Positions 8,694-17,518 of a stretch of DNA of 32,000 nt are shown here, piece after piece. The stretch comes from an uncultured Opitutales bacterium (GTDB lineage Bacteria; Verrucomicrobiota; Verrucomicrobiia; Opitutales; Intestinicryptomonadaceae): contig CAKUIA010000010.1 of assembly GCA_934660865.1 (NCBI GenBank), forward strand, positions 61,168 through 93,167, read 5' to 3'. Below the pieces are notes generated by a model that ran no database searches, was not told where the DNA came from, and saw nothing but the letters and a program-made list of their open reading frames with translations. How positions within the stretch are numbered: the stretch's first letter is position 1; every line of letters starts with the position of its first letter. A program made the translations under genes and the position numbers.

Positions 8694-10037
8694 ATGGATA
8701 GTCCTGTAAACAGCGTGTTCGACTTTGGCGAAAATTCCGAAAGCAAAGGGCGCCCCGTATTGCAAAGCGCGCCCCTTGCGGTAAGAATGCGTCCGCGCAA
8801 TTTGTCGGAGGTTGCGGGCCATAAAAACATTTTGGGCGACGACTGCCTTTTGCCGAGGCTGATTAAAAGCGACACATTCGGCTCGATAATATTCTACGGC
8901 CCCCCCGGCTGCGGCAAAACAACGCTTGCCAACGTTATTGCGCAAACTACAAAAAGCAGGTTTGTTAAGATAAACGCGGTGCTTTCGAACGTAGCCCAGC
9001 TTAGGGATGAGCTTAAAATGGCAAGGCTGCACGGCTCCGAAAAGACCATTTTGTTTATAGACGAAATACACCGTTTCAACAAATCGCAGCAAGACCTTCT
9101 TTTGCCGGATGTAGAAGACGGCAACATAAGGCTTATAGGGGCAACAACGCACAACCCCGGCTTTTTTATAAACGCGCCGCTGCTTTCGCGCAGCCACCTT
9201 TTTAAGCTTGAACCGCTTTCGGTTGGCGACGTTGTTTTGGTTTTAAACAGGGCGCTAAACGACACCGAAAGGGGCCTGGGCAACTACAAGTGCACTTTTG
9301 CAAAAGACGCAATGACATCGCTTGCAAACATATGCGACGGCGATTTAAGGCGCGCCCTAAACGCCCTGGAAACCATTGTGTTGGCAAAGGGCGCAAACAA
9401 AACTATAGACGAAGCCGACATTAAGGCATTTGCCAAAGAGCGCCAAATACGCTACGACGCCGACGAAGACGAGCACTACGACACAATAAGCGCCTTCATA
9501 AAAAGCATGCGCGGCAGCGACCCGGATGCAGCCTTGTATTGGCTTGCAAAAATGCTAAAGGGCGGCGAAGACCCTCGCTTTATAGCCAGAAGAATGGTGA
9601 TTTTTGCCTCCGAAGACATAGGCTTGGCGGATTCGCGCGCGCTTTTGCTTGCAAACGCCGCCTTCGACGCCTGCGAAAGGGTGGGCCTGCCCGAATGCGA
9701 GCTTAATTTGGCGCATGTTGTCATCTTTTTGGCAACAGCCCCCAAAAGCAACAGCGCAACCGAGGCGATTTTTGCCGCAAAAGAGGAGGTGCAAAACAAG
9801 CCCGTTCAAAAAGTGCCCGTATATTTAAGGGATTCGCACACGGCGTTCAACCGCAACTTGGGCAACGGAGCCGAATATATCTACCCGCACATGTGCAAAA
9901 ACCACATTAGCGGGCAGGACTACACCGAAAAGCCCGTGCATTTTTACAACCCCAAACCTTACGGCGCCGAAAGACAGATTGCCGAACGGCTTGACAACTA
10001 CAAAAAAATCAAGGAGAATTTGCGCAATGAGAAATGA
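8694..10037 (+). CDS. rarA: Replication-associated recombination protein A (RarA/MgsA, AAA+ ATPase)
   Basis: 447 aa. 'RMRPRNLSEVAGH', Walker A 'FYGPPGCGKTTLA', Walker B 'ILFIDEIHRFNK.QQD.LLP', 'GATT.NP', and the C-terminal MgsA domain 'HYD.ISAF.KS.RGSDPDAALYWLA.ML.GGEDP.FIARR'. Confidence 0.92.
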   Translation: MDSPVNSVFDFGENSESKGRPVLQSAPLAVRMRPRNLSEVAGHKNILGDDCLLPRLIKSDTFGSIIFYGPPGCGKTTLANVIAQTTKSRFVKINAVLSNVAQLRDELKMARLHGSEKTILFIDEIHRFNKSQQDLLLPDVEDGNIRLIGATTHNPGFFINAPLLSRSHLFKLEPLSVGDVVLVLNRALNDTERGLGNYKCTFAKDAMTSLANICDGDLRRALNALETIVLAKGANKTIDEADIKAFAKERQIRYDADEDEHYDTISAFIKSMRGSDPDAALYWLAKMLKGGEDPRFIARRMVIFASEDIGLADSRALLLANAAFDACERVGLPECELNLAHVVIFLATAPKSNSATEAIFAAKEEVQNKPVQKVPVYLRDSHTAFNRNLGNGAEYIYPHMCKNHISGQDYTEKPVHFYNPKPYGAERQIAERLDNYKKIKENLRNEK

Positions 10038-10491
10038 TATGCAAGACCCTAAAGACGATTTTACCCGTTTTGTGATAACAAGGCGCATAGAACTGCATTT
10101 TTGGAAGAATTGCGCCATTATAGGTTTCGGCATTTTGGCGGCAAGCTACATTTCGGGCGGGGCGGTAAGCTTTGCAAACATATTTTCGTATGCGGCGCTG
10201 GTTGTGGCGGTTTGGCTTTTCAATTTTATAATACGCCCCGTGCTGGTGGTGTTTACATTGCCTTTTATAGTGCTTACTTTCGGGGTGGGCATGCTGTTTA
10301 TAAACGCCCTTGTTATATGGATAGCGGCGGGGGTAATACCGGGCATAAAATTTACATCGTATTTTTGGGCGCTGCTTGCCGCCTTTATAACCGACGCCGT
10401 TTTTTGGCTGGTTGCAATGTTCGAATCGGAACGCACATTGCGCAGGGGCAAAAAACGCCGCAATAATGGCGACGATACAATAGACATTTAA
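10027..10491 (+). CDS. DUF360 / YvlD-like 'phage holin family' 4-TM membrane protein
   Basis: 'FNFIIRPVLVVFTLPFIVLTFGVGMLFINALVIWIAAGVIPGIKFTSYFWALLAAFI' closely follows the YvlD/DUF360 pattern. Start chosen at ATG 10027 because AAGGAG (10011-10016) lies 10 nt upstream. ATG 10039 and the track start 9979 are alternatives. Confidence 0.7.
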   Translation: MRNDMQDPKDDFTRFVITRRIELHFWKNCAIIGFGILAASYISGGAVSFANIFSYAALVVAVWLFNFIIRPVLVVFTLPFIVLTFGVGMLFINALVIWIAAGVIPGIKFTSYFWALLAAFITDAVFWLVAMFESERTLRRGKKRRNNGDDTIDI

Positions 10492-10497
10492 CCTGCA

Positions 10498-11130
10498 ATG
10501 GGCGGCTTTTTAAAGATTGCGTTTTTTGCGCTTTTTTCGGCATTGCTTGCCGCAAAGGCTGCGCTTTTTGCCAATTCGCCGTTTGTCTTCGATTTTGCGT
10601 TTACAAACGCCTACGGCGTTTTGTCGGCGTACGAGGGCAGGTGGCAGGGGCGCGAAACCCTGTGCATAATGCAAAAGCCCTTTATAAATTTCGAAACCGA
10701 AAACGCCTATGTGCGCAAAGACAAAAAAACTTTGGTGGGCCGCGGCGTTGTAAGCAGCAGGGGAATTCCCGTAAAAGTCTCTTCGGTAATGGAGGTTAAA
10801 GACGGACGCCTTACGCTGAAAATTAAATCGGGCAATTCCGACAAAACGGTGGAATATGCAGGGCAAATATCTTTCAACAAAGTACTTTGGTATAGACCCC
10901 AAAAAATATTTATGCTCGAATTTACCGAAGACGTATTTTTCAAAAAAGACGGTTTTGTTGTGGTAAGCAGCTACGGCGTTCACCCCTATATAACAAAAAA
11001 CGGCGGCGGAGTTTACATAGAGTCGTATTCGCAAATATCGCGCAAAGACAATGCGGCTTTGCCCGCCGGCAAAAAAAGCGGCGAATTAAAAGAGCTTTCG
11101 CCCGCCGATTTGGGCGATTTAATGCTTTAG
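10498..11130 (+). CDS. Hypothetical exported protein
   Basis: 210-aa ORF with an N-terminal signal-like segment 'FLKIAFFALFSALLAAKAALFA'. The protein-like composition contrasts with the antisense ORFs. No family recognised. Confidence 0.5.
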   Translation: MGGFLKIAFFALFSALLAAKAALFANSPFVFDFAFTNAYGVLSAYEGRWQGRETLCIMQKPFINFETENAYVRKDKKTLVGRGVVSSRGIPVKVSSVMEVKDGRLTLKIKSGNSDKTVEYAGQISFNKVLWYRPQKIFMLEFTEDVFFKKDGFVVVSSYGVHPYITKNGGGVYIESYSQISRKDNAALPAGKKSGELKELSPADLGDLML

Positions 11131-11229
11131 CTTTGCCGGGCTTAATGCAAACGGTTTAACGCGGGCTTTGCCCTTCGCCGAAAAATAGTGTTGAAAAAAT
11201 AAAATAAATATATTGGATATTACCGCAAT

Positions 11230-12252
11230 ATGGCAGTTCCAGTATCACAAGTTTTAACAGTAGCAAAATACGCGATATCAAACGCAATTAAGGGCAAAAA
11301 AAAGTACCCTTTGGTTATGATGATAGAGCCGCTTTTCCAGTGCAATTTAAAGTGCTCGGGCTGCGGTAAAATACAGTATGGTGTAGACGTTCTTAAAAAG
11401 AGAATGACCCCCGAAGAAGCCTGGGCTGCGGTGGAAGAATGCGGAGCGCCCATGGTTAGCATTGCGGGCGGCGAGCCCCTTTTGCACGACGAAATGCCCC
11501 GCATGGTAGAGGGCTTTATAAAGCGCGGCAAATATGTGTATTTGTGCACAAACGCGCAAATTTTGCTCCGCAAAATAGATTTGTACAAGCCCAGCAAATA
11601 CCTTTCCTTTAGCGTTCACCTAGACGGTACAAAGGAAATGCACGACGGCAACGTAAACAAACCCGGCGCCTACGACATTGCAGTTGAAGGCATAAAGGAA
11701 GCCTTAAAGCGCGGCTTTAGGGTTACTACAAACACCACTATCTTCAACAACGCAAACCCCAACGACGTGCGCCGCTTTTTCGACGATATGACCGACTTGG
11801 GCGTTGAAGGCATGATGATTTCCCCCGGTTTCCCCTACGAAAAGGCGCCAAACCAAGACCAGTTTTTGGAAAGAAACAAAACAATTAAGCTGTTTAACGA
11901 AATTTTGTCGAAGCCCTCAAAGAAATGGGTGTTCAACCATTCGCCCAGCTTTTTGCAGTTCCTAAAGGGCAAACAGGTTTACGACTGCACTCCGTGGGGC
12001 AACCCCTGCTACTCGATATTCGGCTGGCAAAAACCCTGCTACCTTATAAACGACGGCTACTGCAAAACCTATAAGGAATTGATGGACGCCATAGAGGGGT
12101 ATTCTTTGGGCGTAAACGGCACGCAAAAGGAATGCAAAGATTGCATGTTGCACTGCGGCTACGAACCGAGCGCGGTTTGCGACACATTCGGCAGTTTTGG
12201 CGGGTTGGTAAGGGCTGCGAAAAACTTCTTCGCTTTCAGAAAAGGCGAATAG
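11230..12252 (+). CDS. hpnH: Radical SAM enzyme, HpnH-like (adenosyl-hopene transferase family)
   Basis: 340 aa. Radical SAM cluster 'CNLKCSGC' (about 11341-11364). Extended resemblance, from memory, to HpnH: 'YPLV.M.EPLF.CNL.C.GCGKI.Y', 'ECGAP.VSIAGGEPLLH.EMP', 'VYLCTNA', 'SVHLDG.KEMHD', 'CTPWGNP...FGWQ.PCYL' and 'C.DCM.H.G.E.(S/T)AV.DT'. Confidence 0.8.
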   Translation: MAVPVSQVLTVAKYAISNAIKGKKKYPLVMMIEPLFQCNLKCSGCGKIQYGVDVLKKRMTPEEAWAAVEECGAPMVSIAGGEPLLHDEMPRMVEGFIKRGKYVYLCTNAQILLRKIDLYKPSKYLSFSVHLDGTKEMHDGNVNKPGAYDIAVEGIKEALKRGFRVTTNTTIFNNANPNDVRRFFDDMTDLGVEGMMISPGFPYEKAPNQDQFLERNKTIKLFNEILSKPSKKWVFNHSPSFLQFLKGKQVYDCTPWGNPCYSIFGWQKPCYLINDGYCKTYKELMDAIEGYSLGVNGTQKECKDCMLHCGYEPSAVCDTFGSFGGLVRAAKNFFAFRKGE

Positions 12253-12263
12253 CATAAAAAACA

Positions 12264-14336
12264 ATGATAGCTCCGAGCCAATCGGAAAGAATGGATTTGC
12301 CCAATACGAGCGAATCCATTTTTTGCAAGGGGGGCCTGCTTGAAAGCACGGCTTGTATGCGCCACCGCAGCCAGCAGGAGAATATGGCGTATTTTTGCGC
12401 CCAAAGTTTCGAAAGCGATTCTCCCCTTTTGTTCGAGGCGGGCACGGGTGTGGGCAAAACCCTTGCGTATTTGATAAACGCCGTAATTTTTGCCAAAAAG
12501 CACGGCCGCAAGCTTTATGTTTCCACCCACACAATGGCGCTGCAAGAGCAGATTGTAAAAAAAGACCTGCCGTTTATAGAAAAGTTTTTTGCCCAAACGC
12601 CGGAATTGGCCGAATATGCCGACTTTAAATACACCGTGCTATACGGCAGGCGCAACTACTTGTGCTCTACGCGTCTAAAAAAGGCGCTGGCCGAAAAGGG
12701 CGACTTGTTTATGCAAAGCGAAATATCGGAGCTAGAGCGCATTGCAAACTGGGCGTTGAAAACGAAAACGGGCTTAAGGGACGAGCTGGTTCCCCCGCCC
12801 GACGAAGAGGTTTGGAGCTGGGTAAATGCCGAAAGCGGTTTGTGCACGCCAAACGAGGGCGACGACTGCTTTTACCAGAACGCAAAAAAGCTGTTCGACA
12901 AGGCCGATGTTGTCGTTCTAAACCACAGCCTAGTGTTTTCGCTTATGGCGTCGGCGCAGTCGGCCGACAACTCCACAAAGGGCATACTTACCGCCGACGA
13001 TTTTTTTGTTTTCGACGAAGCCCATTTGGTTGCAAAGGTTGCCGAGGAAATTTTCGGAATGGAACTTAGCGACTACGGCATTTTGCGCGAGCTTAAAAGA
13101 ATTTACAACCCGCGAACAAAAAAGGGGCTGCTTAAAAAAATCAAGTATGCAACGCAGTACGACATAGATTCGGTTTTGCAGTGCATTTCGGCTGTGTCGG
13201 AATTTTTTGCGCAGGCTTCGGCAATGTACCTTACGGGCAAAGACATTGCAAGGCTTGCCGCCGAAGAGTGGCTAAATTCCGGCATTTGCGAAGATTTAAA
13301 ATCGCTAAAACAAAGGCTCGACGCATTGGCTTCGAAAGCCACGAGCCAGTCGCAAAAGGCCGACATAGACGACTGCGCAAGAAGGATATTTTCGATAGCC
13401 CTGTCGCTTGAAGACGCCCTTTATTTAAGCACGCCAAAGCAGGTTTATTGGCTTGAAACTTCGGGCAAAAACAAAGACTATACAAAAATCTGCTCGGCTC
13501 CGCTAAGCGTAGCAGGCATATTAAGGCAAAGGCTTTTTGCAAAGGGAACAAGCGTTGTAATGACATCGGCAACGCTGTCGCTAAACGGAAACGACTTAAA
13601 CGACTTTGCCGATTCTGTCGGCGGCGAAATCGCACAGCAGGGAATAGAAAAGTCGCCCTTTAACTACCGAAAAAACTGCAGGCTTTTGCTTTGCAAAGAC
13701 GCCCCGAATATGGGCGACGACAAGAAGATGGACGCGGGATTTTTGGCCGACGCAATAGGGCGCTTGATTTCGGCGAACAAATACGGGGGCACGCTTGTTT
13801 TGTTTACAAGCTATTACGAGCTTAACAAAACGCTTAAAATTTTAAGGGAAAAATTCCCCAAAAGGGAAATATTTGCGCAGGGCGAAATGTCGCCTAAAGA
13901 GGCATTGCAAAGCTTTAAAAATTCGGGCAACGGCGTGCTGCTTGGCACCGATGCCTTTTGGACGGGCGTAGACATTGCGGGCAACGCCCTTAACTTGCTT
14001 GTAATAACAAAGCTGCCGTTTGTTAACCCCGACCACCCTTTGGCGGCGGCCAAATGCGAAATGCTTGAAAGCCTGGGCGAAAATCCCTTCCAAAAACTTT
14101 CGCTGCCCGAGGCCGTGATGAAGTTTAGGCAGGGCTTTGGCAGGCTTATACGCTCGGAAAGCGACAGGGGCGTTGCCGTTGTTTTGGATTCCAGAATTTT
14201 AAACAAGCCCTACGGCAAGAACTTTTTGTCGGCAATAGCGCCGAAAGATTGGGACGAATTTAACCTAAAAACGCTCGACGCAAAAATAAAAGACGCATTT
14301 TCGCAATTAGATTTTGACAAAACACCAACGCAATAA
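12264..14336 (+). CDS. dinG: DinG/Rad3-family ATP-dependent DNA helicase
   Basis: 690 aa. Walker A 'FEAGTGVGKTLAYL', DEAH box 'VFDEAHLV', 'MTSATLS', and C-terminal 'G.D..G..L....I.KLPF..P..P'. The start could also be ATG 12291. Confidence 0.85.
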   Translation: MIAPSQSERMDLPNTSESIFCKGGLLESTACMRHRSQQENMAYFCAQSFESDSPLLFEAGTGVGKTLAYLINAVIFAKKHGRKLYVSTHTMALQEQIVKKDLPFIEKFFAQTPELAEYADFKYTVLYGRRNYLCSTRLKKALAEKGDLFMQSEISELERIANWALKTKTGLRDELVPPPDEEVWSWVNAESGLCTPNEGDDCFYQNAKKLFDKADVVVLNHSLVFSLMASAQSADNSTKGILTADDFFVFDEAHLVAKVAEEIFGMELSDYGILRELKRIYNPRTKKGLLKKIKYATQYDIDSVLQCISAVSEFFAQASAMYLTGKDIARLAAEEWLNSGICEDLKSLKQRLDALASKATSQSQKADIDDCARRIFSIALSLEDALYLSTPKQVYWLETSGKNKDYTKICSAPLSVAGILRQRLFAKGTSVVMTSATLSLNGNDLNDFADSVGGEIAQQGIEKSPFNYRKNCRLLLCKDAPNMGDDKKMDAGFLADAIGRLISANKYGGTLVLFTSYYELNKTLKILREKFPKREIFAQGEMSPKEALQSFKNSGNGVLLGTDAFWTGVDIAGNALNLLVITKLPFVNPDHPLAAAKCEMLESLGENPFQKLSLPEAVMKFRQGFGRLIRSESDRGVAVVLDSRILNKPYGKNFLSAIAPKDWDEFNLKTLDAKIKDAFSQLDFDKTPTQ

Positions 14337-14351
14337 AAAATATACGCTACT

Positions 14352-14723
14352 ATGGATAAACTGGAAGAAATCTTTAAGGAACAGTACGAACTTAACAAGC
14401 GCATAGGCATAGACACCGCGAATATGACCGACGAAGAGCGCGTTAAGTGGGTTTTAAACTACAGCCGCGCCCTGCAGCAGGAATGTGCCGAGCTTATAGA
14501 TTCGGTTCCGTGGAAGTGGTGGGCAAAATACCAGAAATTCGACGCGCAAAACGCCAAAGTTGAAGCCGTAGACATTCTGCACTTTTTGGTGTCTATAGCC
14601 CAAGTTTTGGGTATGTCGGCGCAGGACTTTTTCGACGCGTACACAAAGAAAAACTCGATAAACCACAAAAGGCAGGACAGCGGCTACAAAACTAAAGACG
14701 CTTCGGACTGCCGCGGCATATAA
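14352..14723 (+). CDS. Dimeric (all-alpha) dUTPase-like / MazG-like nucleotide pyrophosphohydrolase
   Basis: 123 aa. 'AL..ECAELIDSVPWKWWAKY' and 'EAVDILHFLVSIA' match the dimeric dUTPase (dUTPase_2) / all-alpha NTP-PPase pattern as I remember it. Confidence 0.6.
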   Translation: MDKLEEIFKEQYELNKRIGIDTANMTDEERVKWVLNYSRALQQECAELIDSVPWKWWAKYQKFDAQNAKVEAVDILHFLVSIAQVLGMSAQDFFDAYTKKNSINHKRQDSGYKTKDASDCRGI

Positions 14724-15630
14724 GTTTTAGCACGATAATTCTGTGGTCGCTTGCGCCTTTTGTATCGCATACAAGGGCGCATTTTTGTGCGCTGTTTTCG
14801 GCGGCTTCGCTTAAAAGGAAAAAGTCGAACCTGCCGCGCTTTTTGCCGTTTTGCCAAGTCAGTGTATGGCTTTCGCCGTTGTCGTCGGCCTGCGGCAAAA
14901 CAAAAAGGCGGGCCGTGTTTTTAAATTCGTCTATACATGCGTCGTTCGGCTCGCTGTTAAAGTCGCCGCAAACAAGCAGCTTTTGCCGGGAAAACGCCGC
15001 AAGCTTTTTTGCGATTTGCGAGGCTTCGGCCTTTCTGAAAATCCCGCAATGTTTGTCGGTGTTTTTTGCCCTGCGCCTGCTTTTTAGGTGTGCGGTAAAA
15101 AGATAAAAGCCGCCGACTTTTACGCCAAGCAAACCGCGCGGGCTTTTTGCGGGCTTGCCCATATACGCAAATTGCAGGTTGTCGAATTTAAATGTTTTTT
15201 CGAACGGCAGTTTAGAAACTACCGCCAAACAGCGCGCATTGTCGGCATTTTGCAGTATCTCGCAATAGGGGTAGTAAATGCCGGCGTTTTTTAGTCTGTC
15301 TAAAAATTCTCCGAAATTTTCGGCGCCCATTTCCTGCACAAACAAAATGTCGGGGTTTATTTGGCAAACGATTTGCGCAATGCGGCTTTTTTCGCTTTCC
15401 GTTTTAGGGTATTTTGGGGCGAATTTGCCGTCTATAATTCTCGAAGCCGAAGAGTAGTTGCCCAAATTCCAGCTGGCTATTTTTATTTCGCTTGGCGTTT
15501 CCTGCAGGGCAAAATCGCCGGCGTTTGTTTTGCCCCGTTTGCCCGACTTTGCCGCGCAAAAAAACAGGGCGGCAGATAGCGCCGCCCATAAAAGCAACAA
15601 AATTGTAAACTTCAGATTTTTGACCGCCAT
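14692..15630 (-). CDS. Exported endonuclease/exonuclease/phosphatase (EEP) family protein
   Basis: N-terminal TM/signal 'FTILLLLWAALSAALFFCAA'. EEP motifs 'IKIASWNLGNY', 'DILFVQEMG', 'LVCGDFNSEPND', 'SDHRIIVL'. Confidence 0.8.
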   Translation of the reverse strand: MAVKNLKFTILLLLWAALSAALFFCAAKSGKRGKTNAGDFALQETPSEIKIASWNLGNYSSASRIIDGKFAPKYPKTESEKSRIAQIVCQINPDILFVQEMGAENFGEFLDRLKNAGIYYPYCEILQNADNARCLAVVSKLPFEKTFKFDNLQFAYMGKPAKSPRGLLGVKVGGFYLFTAHLKSRRRAKNTDKHCGIFRKAEASQIAKKLAAFSRQKLLVCGDFNSEPNDACIDEFKNTARLFVLPQADDNGESHTLTWQNGKKRGRFDFFLLSEAAENSAQKCALVCDTKGASDHRIIVLKLICRGSPKRL

Positions 15631-15636
15631 ATAAAA

Positions 15637-16236
15637 CTATTTGCGGTCTGCAAGGGCGATTTTTTCGACGTACTTTGCCAGTATGTCGAATTCGAGGTTT
15701 ACGATGTCGCCCGCCTTTTTTTGCGAAAGGTTTGTTGCCTGCAATGTGTGCGGGATAATCCAAACCGCAAGGGCGGGGCCGTCAACTTCGGCTATTGTAA
15801 GCGAAATGCCGTCTATGGTTATAGAGCCTTTGTAGACGGCCCACTTGCCGAAGTTTTCGGTAAAGGAAACTTTTAAATAATAGTTTTTGCCCCTTTGTTC
15901 GAAAACCTCTATCTTGCCGCGCGTGTCTACATGCCCGCTTACAAAATGCCCGCCCAAGCGCGCGTTTGCAGCCAGGGGGCGCTCTACGTTGACAAGGTCG
16001 CCCCTTTTTACGAACTCGAAAGACGTAAGCCTTAGGCTTTCCTGCAAAAGCTCGAAATCGGCAAGGTTGCCGTTTTTCGACACAACCGTAAGGCAGCACC
16101 CGTTGCACGCCAAAGAGTCGCCGATTTTCAGATCGCTTGCAACGTTTTCGGGGATTTCCAAACGCAGCAAATAGGCGTTCTTTTGCTCGCAAAATTCTGC
16201 AACTTTTGCCGTGCCTTCAACTAAACCCGTAAACAT
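15637..16236 (-). CDS. ribE: Riboflavin synthase (alpha chain)
   Basis: 199 aa. Hallmark 'MFTGLVEGTAKV', duplicated barrel motifs 'GDSLACNGCCLTV' and 'GSITIDGISLTI', and 'IIPHTL..TNL'. Confidence 0.92.
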   Translation of the reverse strand: MFTGLVEGTAKVAEFCEQKNAYLLRLEIPENVASDLKIGDSLACNGCCLTVVSKNGNLADFELLQESLRLTSFEFVKRGDLVNVERPLAANARLGGHFVSGHVDTRGKIEVFEQRGKNYYLKVSFTENFGKWAVYKGSITIDGISLTIAEVDGPALAVWIIPHTLQATNLSQKKAGDIVNLEFDILAKYVEKIALADRK

Positions 16237-16237
16237 A

Positions 16238-17518
16238 CTAGCACTTCTTTAAAGCTTGTTCAAAATCGGCGATTATGTCGGCGGGGTTTTCTATGCCTAC
16301 CGAAACTCTTATCAATTCGGGCAAAATGCCCGTCTTGGCCTTTTCCTCGTCGCTAAGCTGCCTGTGCGTTGTGCTTGCGGGGTGCAGCACGCATGTTCTT
16401 GCGTCTGCAACGTGTATAACCTGGGCCGCCAATTTAAGCGAATCCATAAACTTTACGGCTTTCTTTAAGCCGCCTTTTATGCCGAATGTGAATACGCCGC
16501 TGCATTGTCCGTTTAGATATTTTTTTGCCATTGCATTATACGGCGAGCTTTTCAGCCCCGGGTAGTTTATCCACGCAACTTTTTTGTGCTTTTCCAAAAA
16601 GCTTGCCAAAGCCAGCGCGTTAGACGAATGTTTTGCCATTCTAAGGGGCAAAGTTTCCAGATTCATATTGGTAAGCCACGCGTTCATGGGCGACATAACA
16701 GCCCCCGTGTCTCTTAAAACGTGGGTGCGCGCCTTTGTTAGAAAGGCGAATTTGCCGAAGGCCTTTGTGTATACCAGGCCGTGGTACGATTCGTCGGGCT
16801 CGCTTAGCCCCTTAAACTTGCCGTTGGCAAAGTTGTAGTCGCCCTTGTCTACAATAATGCCGCCCGTGCTGCATGCGTGCCCGTCGGAATATTTTGTAAG
16901 GCTGTGCAGCACAATGTTCGCTCCAAATTCGAAGGGTCTGCACAAGGCGGGAGTGGGGAATGTGTTGTCTATAGCCAAAGGCAAGTCGGCCTTTTTTGCA
17001 ATGCGCGCAAATTTTTCTATGTCCAAAACCTTAACGCTTGGGTTCGACAATGTTTCGCCGAATATAAGCTTTGTGTTGGGGCGTATGGCCTTTAATATTT
17101 CCCTTTCGGGGGCTTCCTGGTCTACAAAAGTAACTTCTATGCCTAGCTTTTTCATTGTATGGCCCAATAGGTTGAATGTGCCGCCGTATATGGTGCCAGC
17201 GCTTACAATGTGGTCGCCAGCCTCGCATAGGTTCATTACCAAAGCGGTAGACGCCGCCTGGCCGCTCGAAAACGCAATGGCGCCAATGCCGCCTTCCAGG
17301 GCGGCCATTTTCTTTTCGAGAATTTCGGTTGTCGGATTGCTTAGGCGCGTATAAAAGTGCCCCGCAACTTTCAGGTCGAACAAATCGGCAAGGCTTTGAG
17401 CCGAGTCGTATTTAAATGTTGTGCTCATTGCAATGGGCGCAACTCTCGGTTCGCCGTTTTTGGGTTCGTAGCCTGCCTGAACGGCTATTGTGTCGAGTTT
17501 TAATTCGTTCTTTTTCAT
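16238..17518 (-). CDS. metY: O-acetylhomoserine (thiol)-lyase / aminocarboxypropyltransferase, Cys/Met-metabolism PLP enzyme
   Basis: 426 aa. 'YTRLSNPT', 'FSSGQAA', 'DNTF.TP.LCRP...GA.IV.HS.TKY..GH' (PLP lysine region) and 'SVGIE...DII.D..QAL'. Confidence 0.85.
   Translation of the reverse strand: MKKNELKLDTIAVQAGYEPKNGEPRVAPIAMSTTFKYDSAQSLADLFDLKVAGHFYTRLSNPTTEILEKKMAALEGGIGAIAFSSGQAASTALVMNLCEAGDHIVSAGTIYGGTFNLLGHTMKKLGIEVTFVDQEAPEREILKAIRPNTKLIFGETLSNPSVKVLDIEKFARIAKKADLPLAIDNTFPTPALCRPFEFGANIVLHSLTKYSDGHACSTGGIIVDKGDYNFANGKFKGLSEPDESYHGLVYTKAFGKFAFLTKARTHVLRDTGAVMSPMNAWLTNMNLETLPLRMAKHSSNALALASFLEKHKKVAWINYPGLKSSPYNAMAKKYLNGQCSGVFTFGIKGGLKKAVKFMDSLKLAAQVIHVADARTCVLHPASTTHRQLSDEEKAKTGILPELIRVSVGIENPADIIADFEQALKKC

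Noticed and set aside
8622-9197. The 192-codon N-terminal extension of track ORF 7836..9197 (453 aa)
   Set aside because: ThiD homology starts at MTGLCTAL (ATG 8621). The extension is Arg/Lys/Phe-rich junk-like sequence and lies antisense to the well-supported rarA gene.
11163-11173. Small GGGC-TTT-GCCC hairpin after the 210-aa gene as a terminator
   Set aside because: The stem is only 4 bp and no T-tract follows, so it is too weak to call.
11181-11229. Promoter upstream of hpnH (TTGAAA at 11191 with TATATT/GATATT candidates)
   Set aside because: The spacers would be 12 or 19 nt, and no combination is convincing. Left uncalled.
11230-15630. Possible phage-defence island: radical SAM + DinG helicase + MazG/dUTPase-like NTP pyrophosphohydrolase + EEP nuclease
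   Set aside because: Each protein looks like an ordinary housekeeping orthologue: full-length HpnH pattern, canonical DinG motifs, dimeric dUTPase pattern. The EEP protein has an export signal and belongs to the opposite-strand operon with ribE/metY. There is no integrase, tRNA, flanking repeat or visible compositional break.
16845-17354. 169-aa plus-strand ORF
   Set aside because: Antisense to metY, whose PLP-enzyme homology is unambiguous. No motifs of its own.
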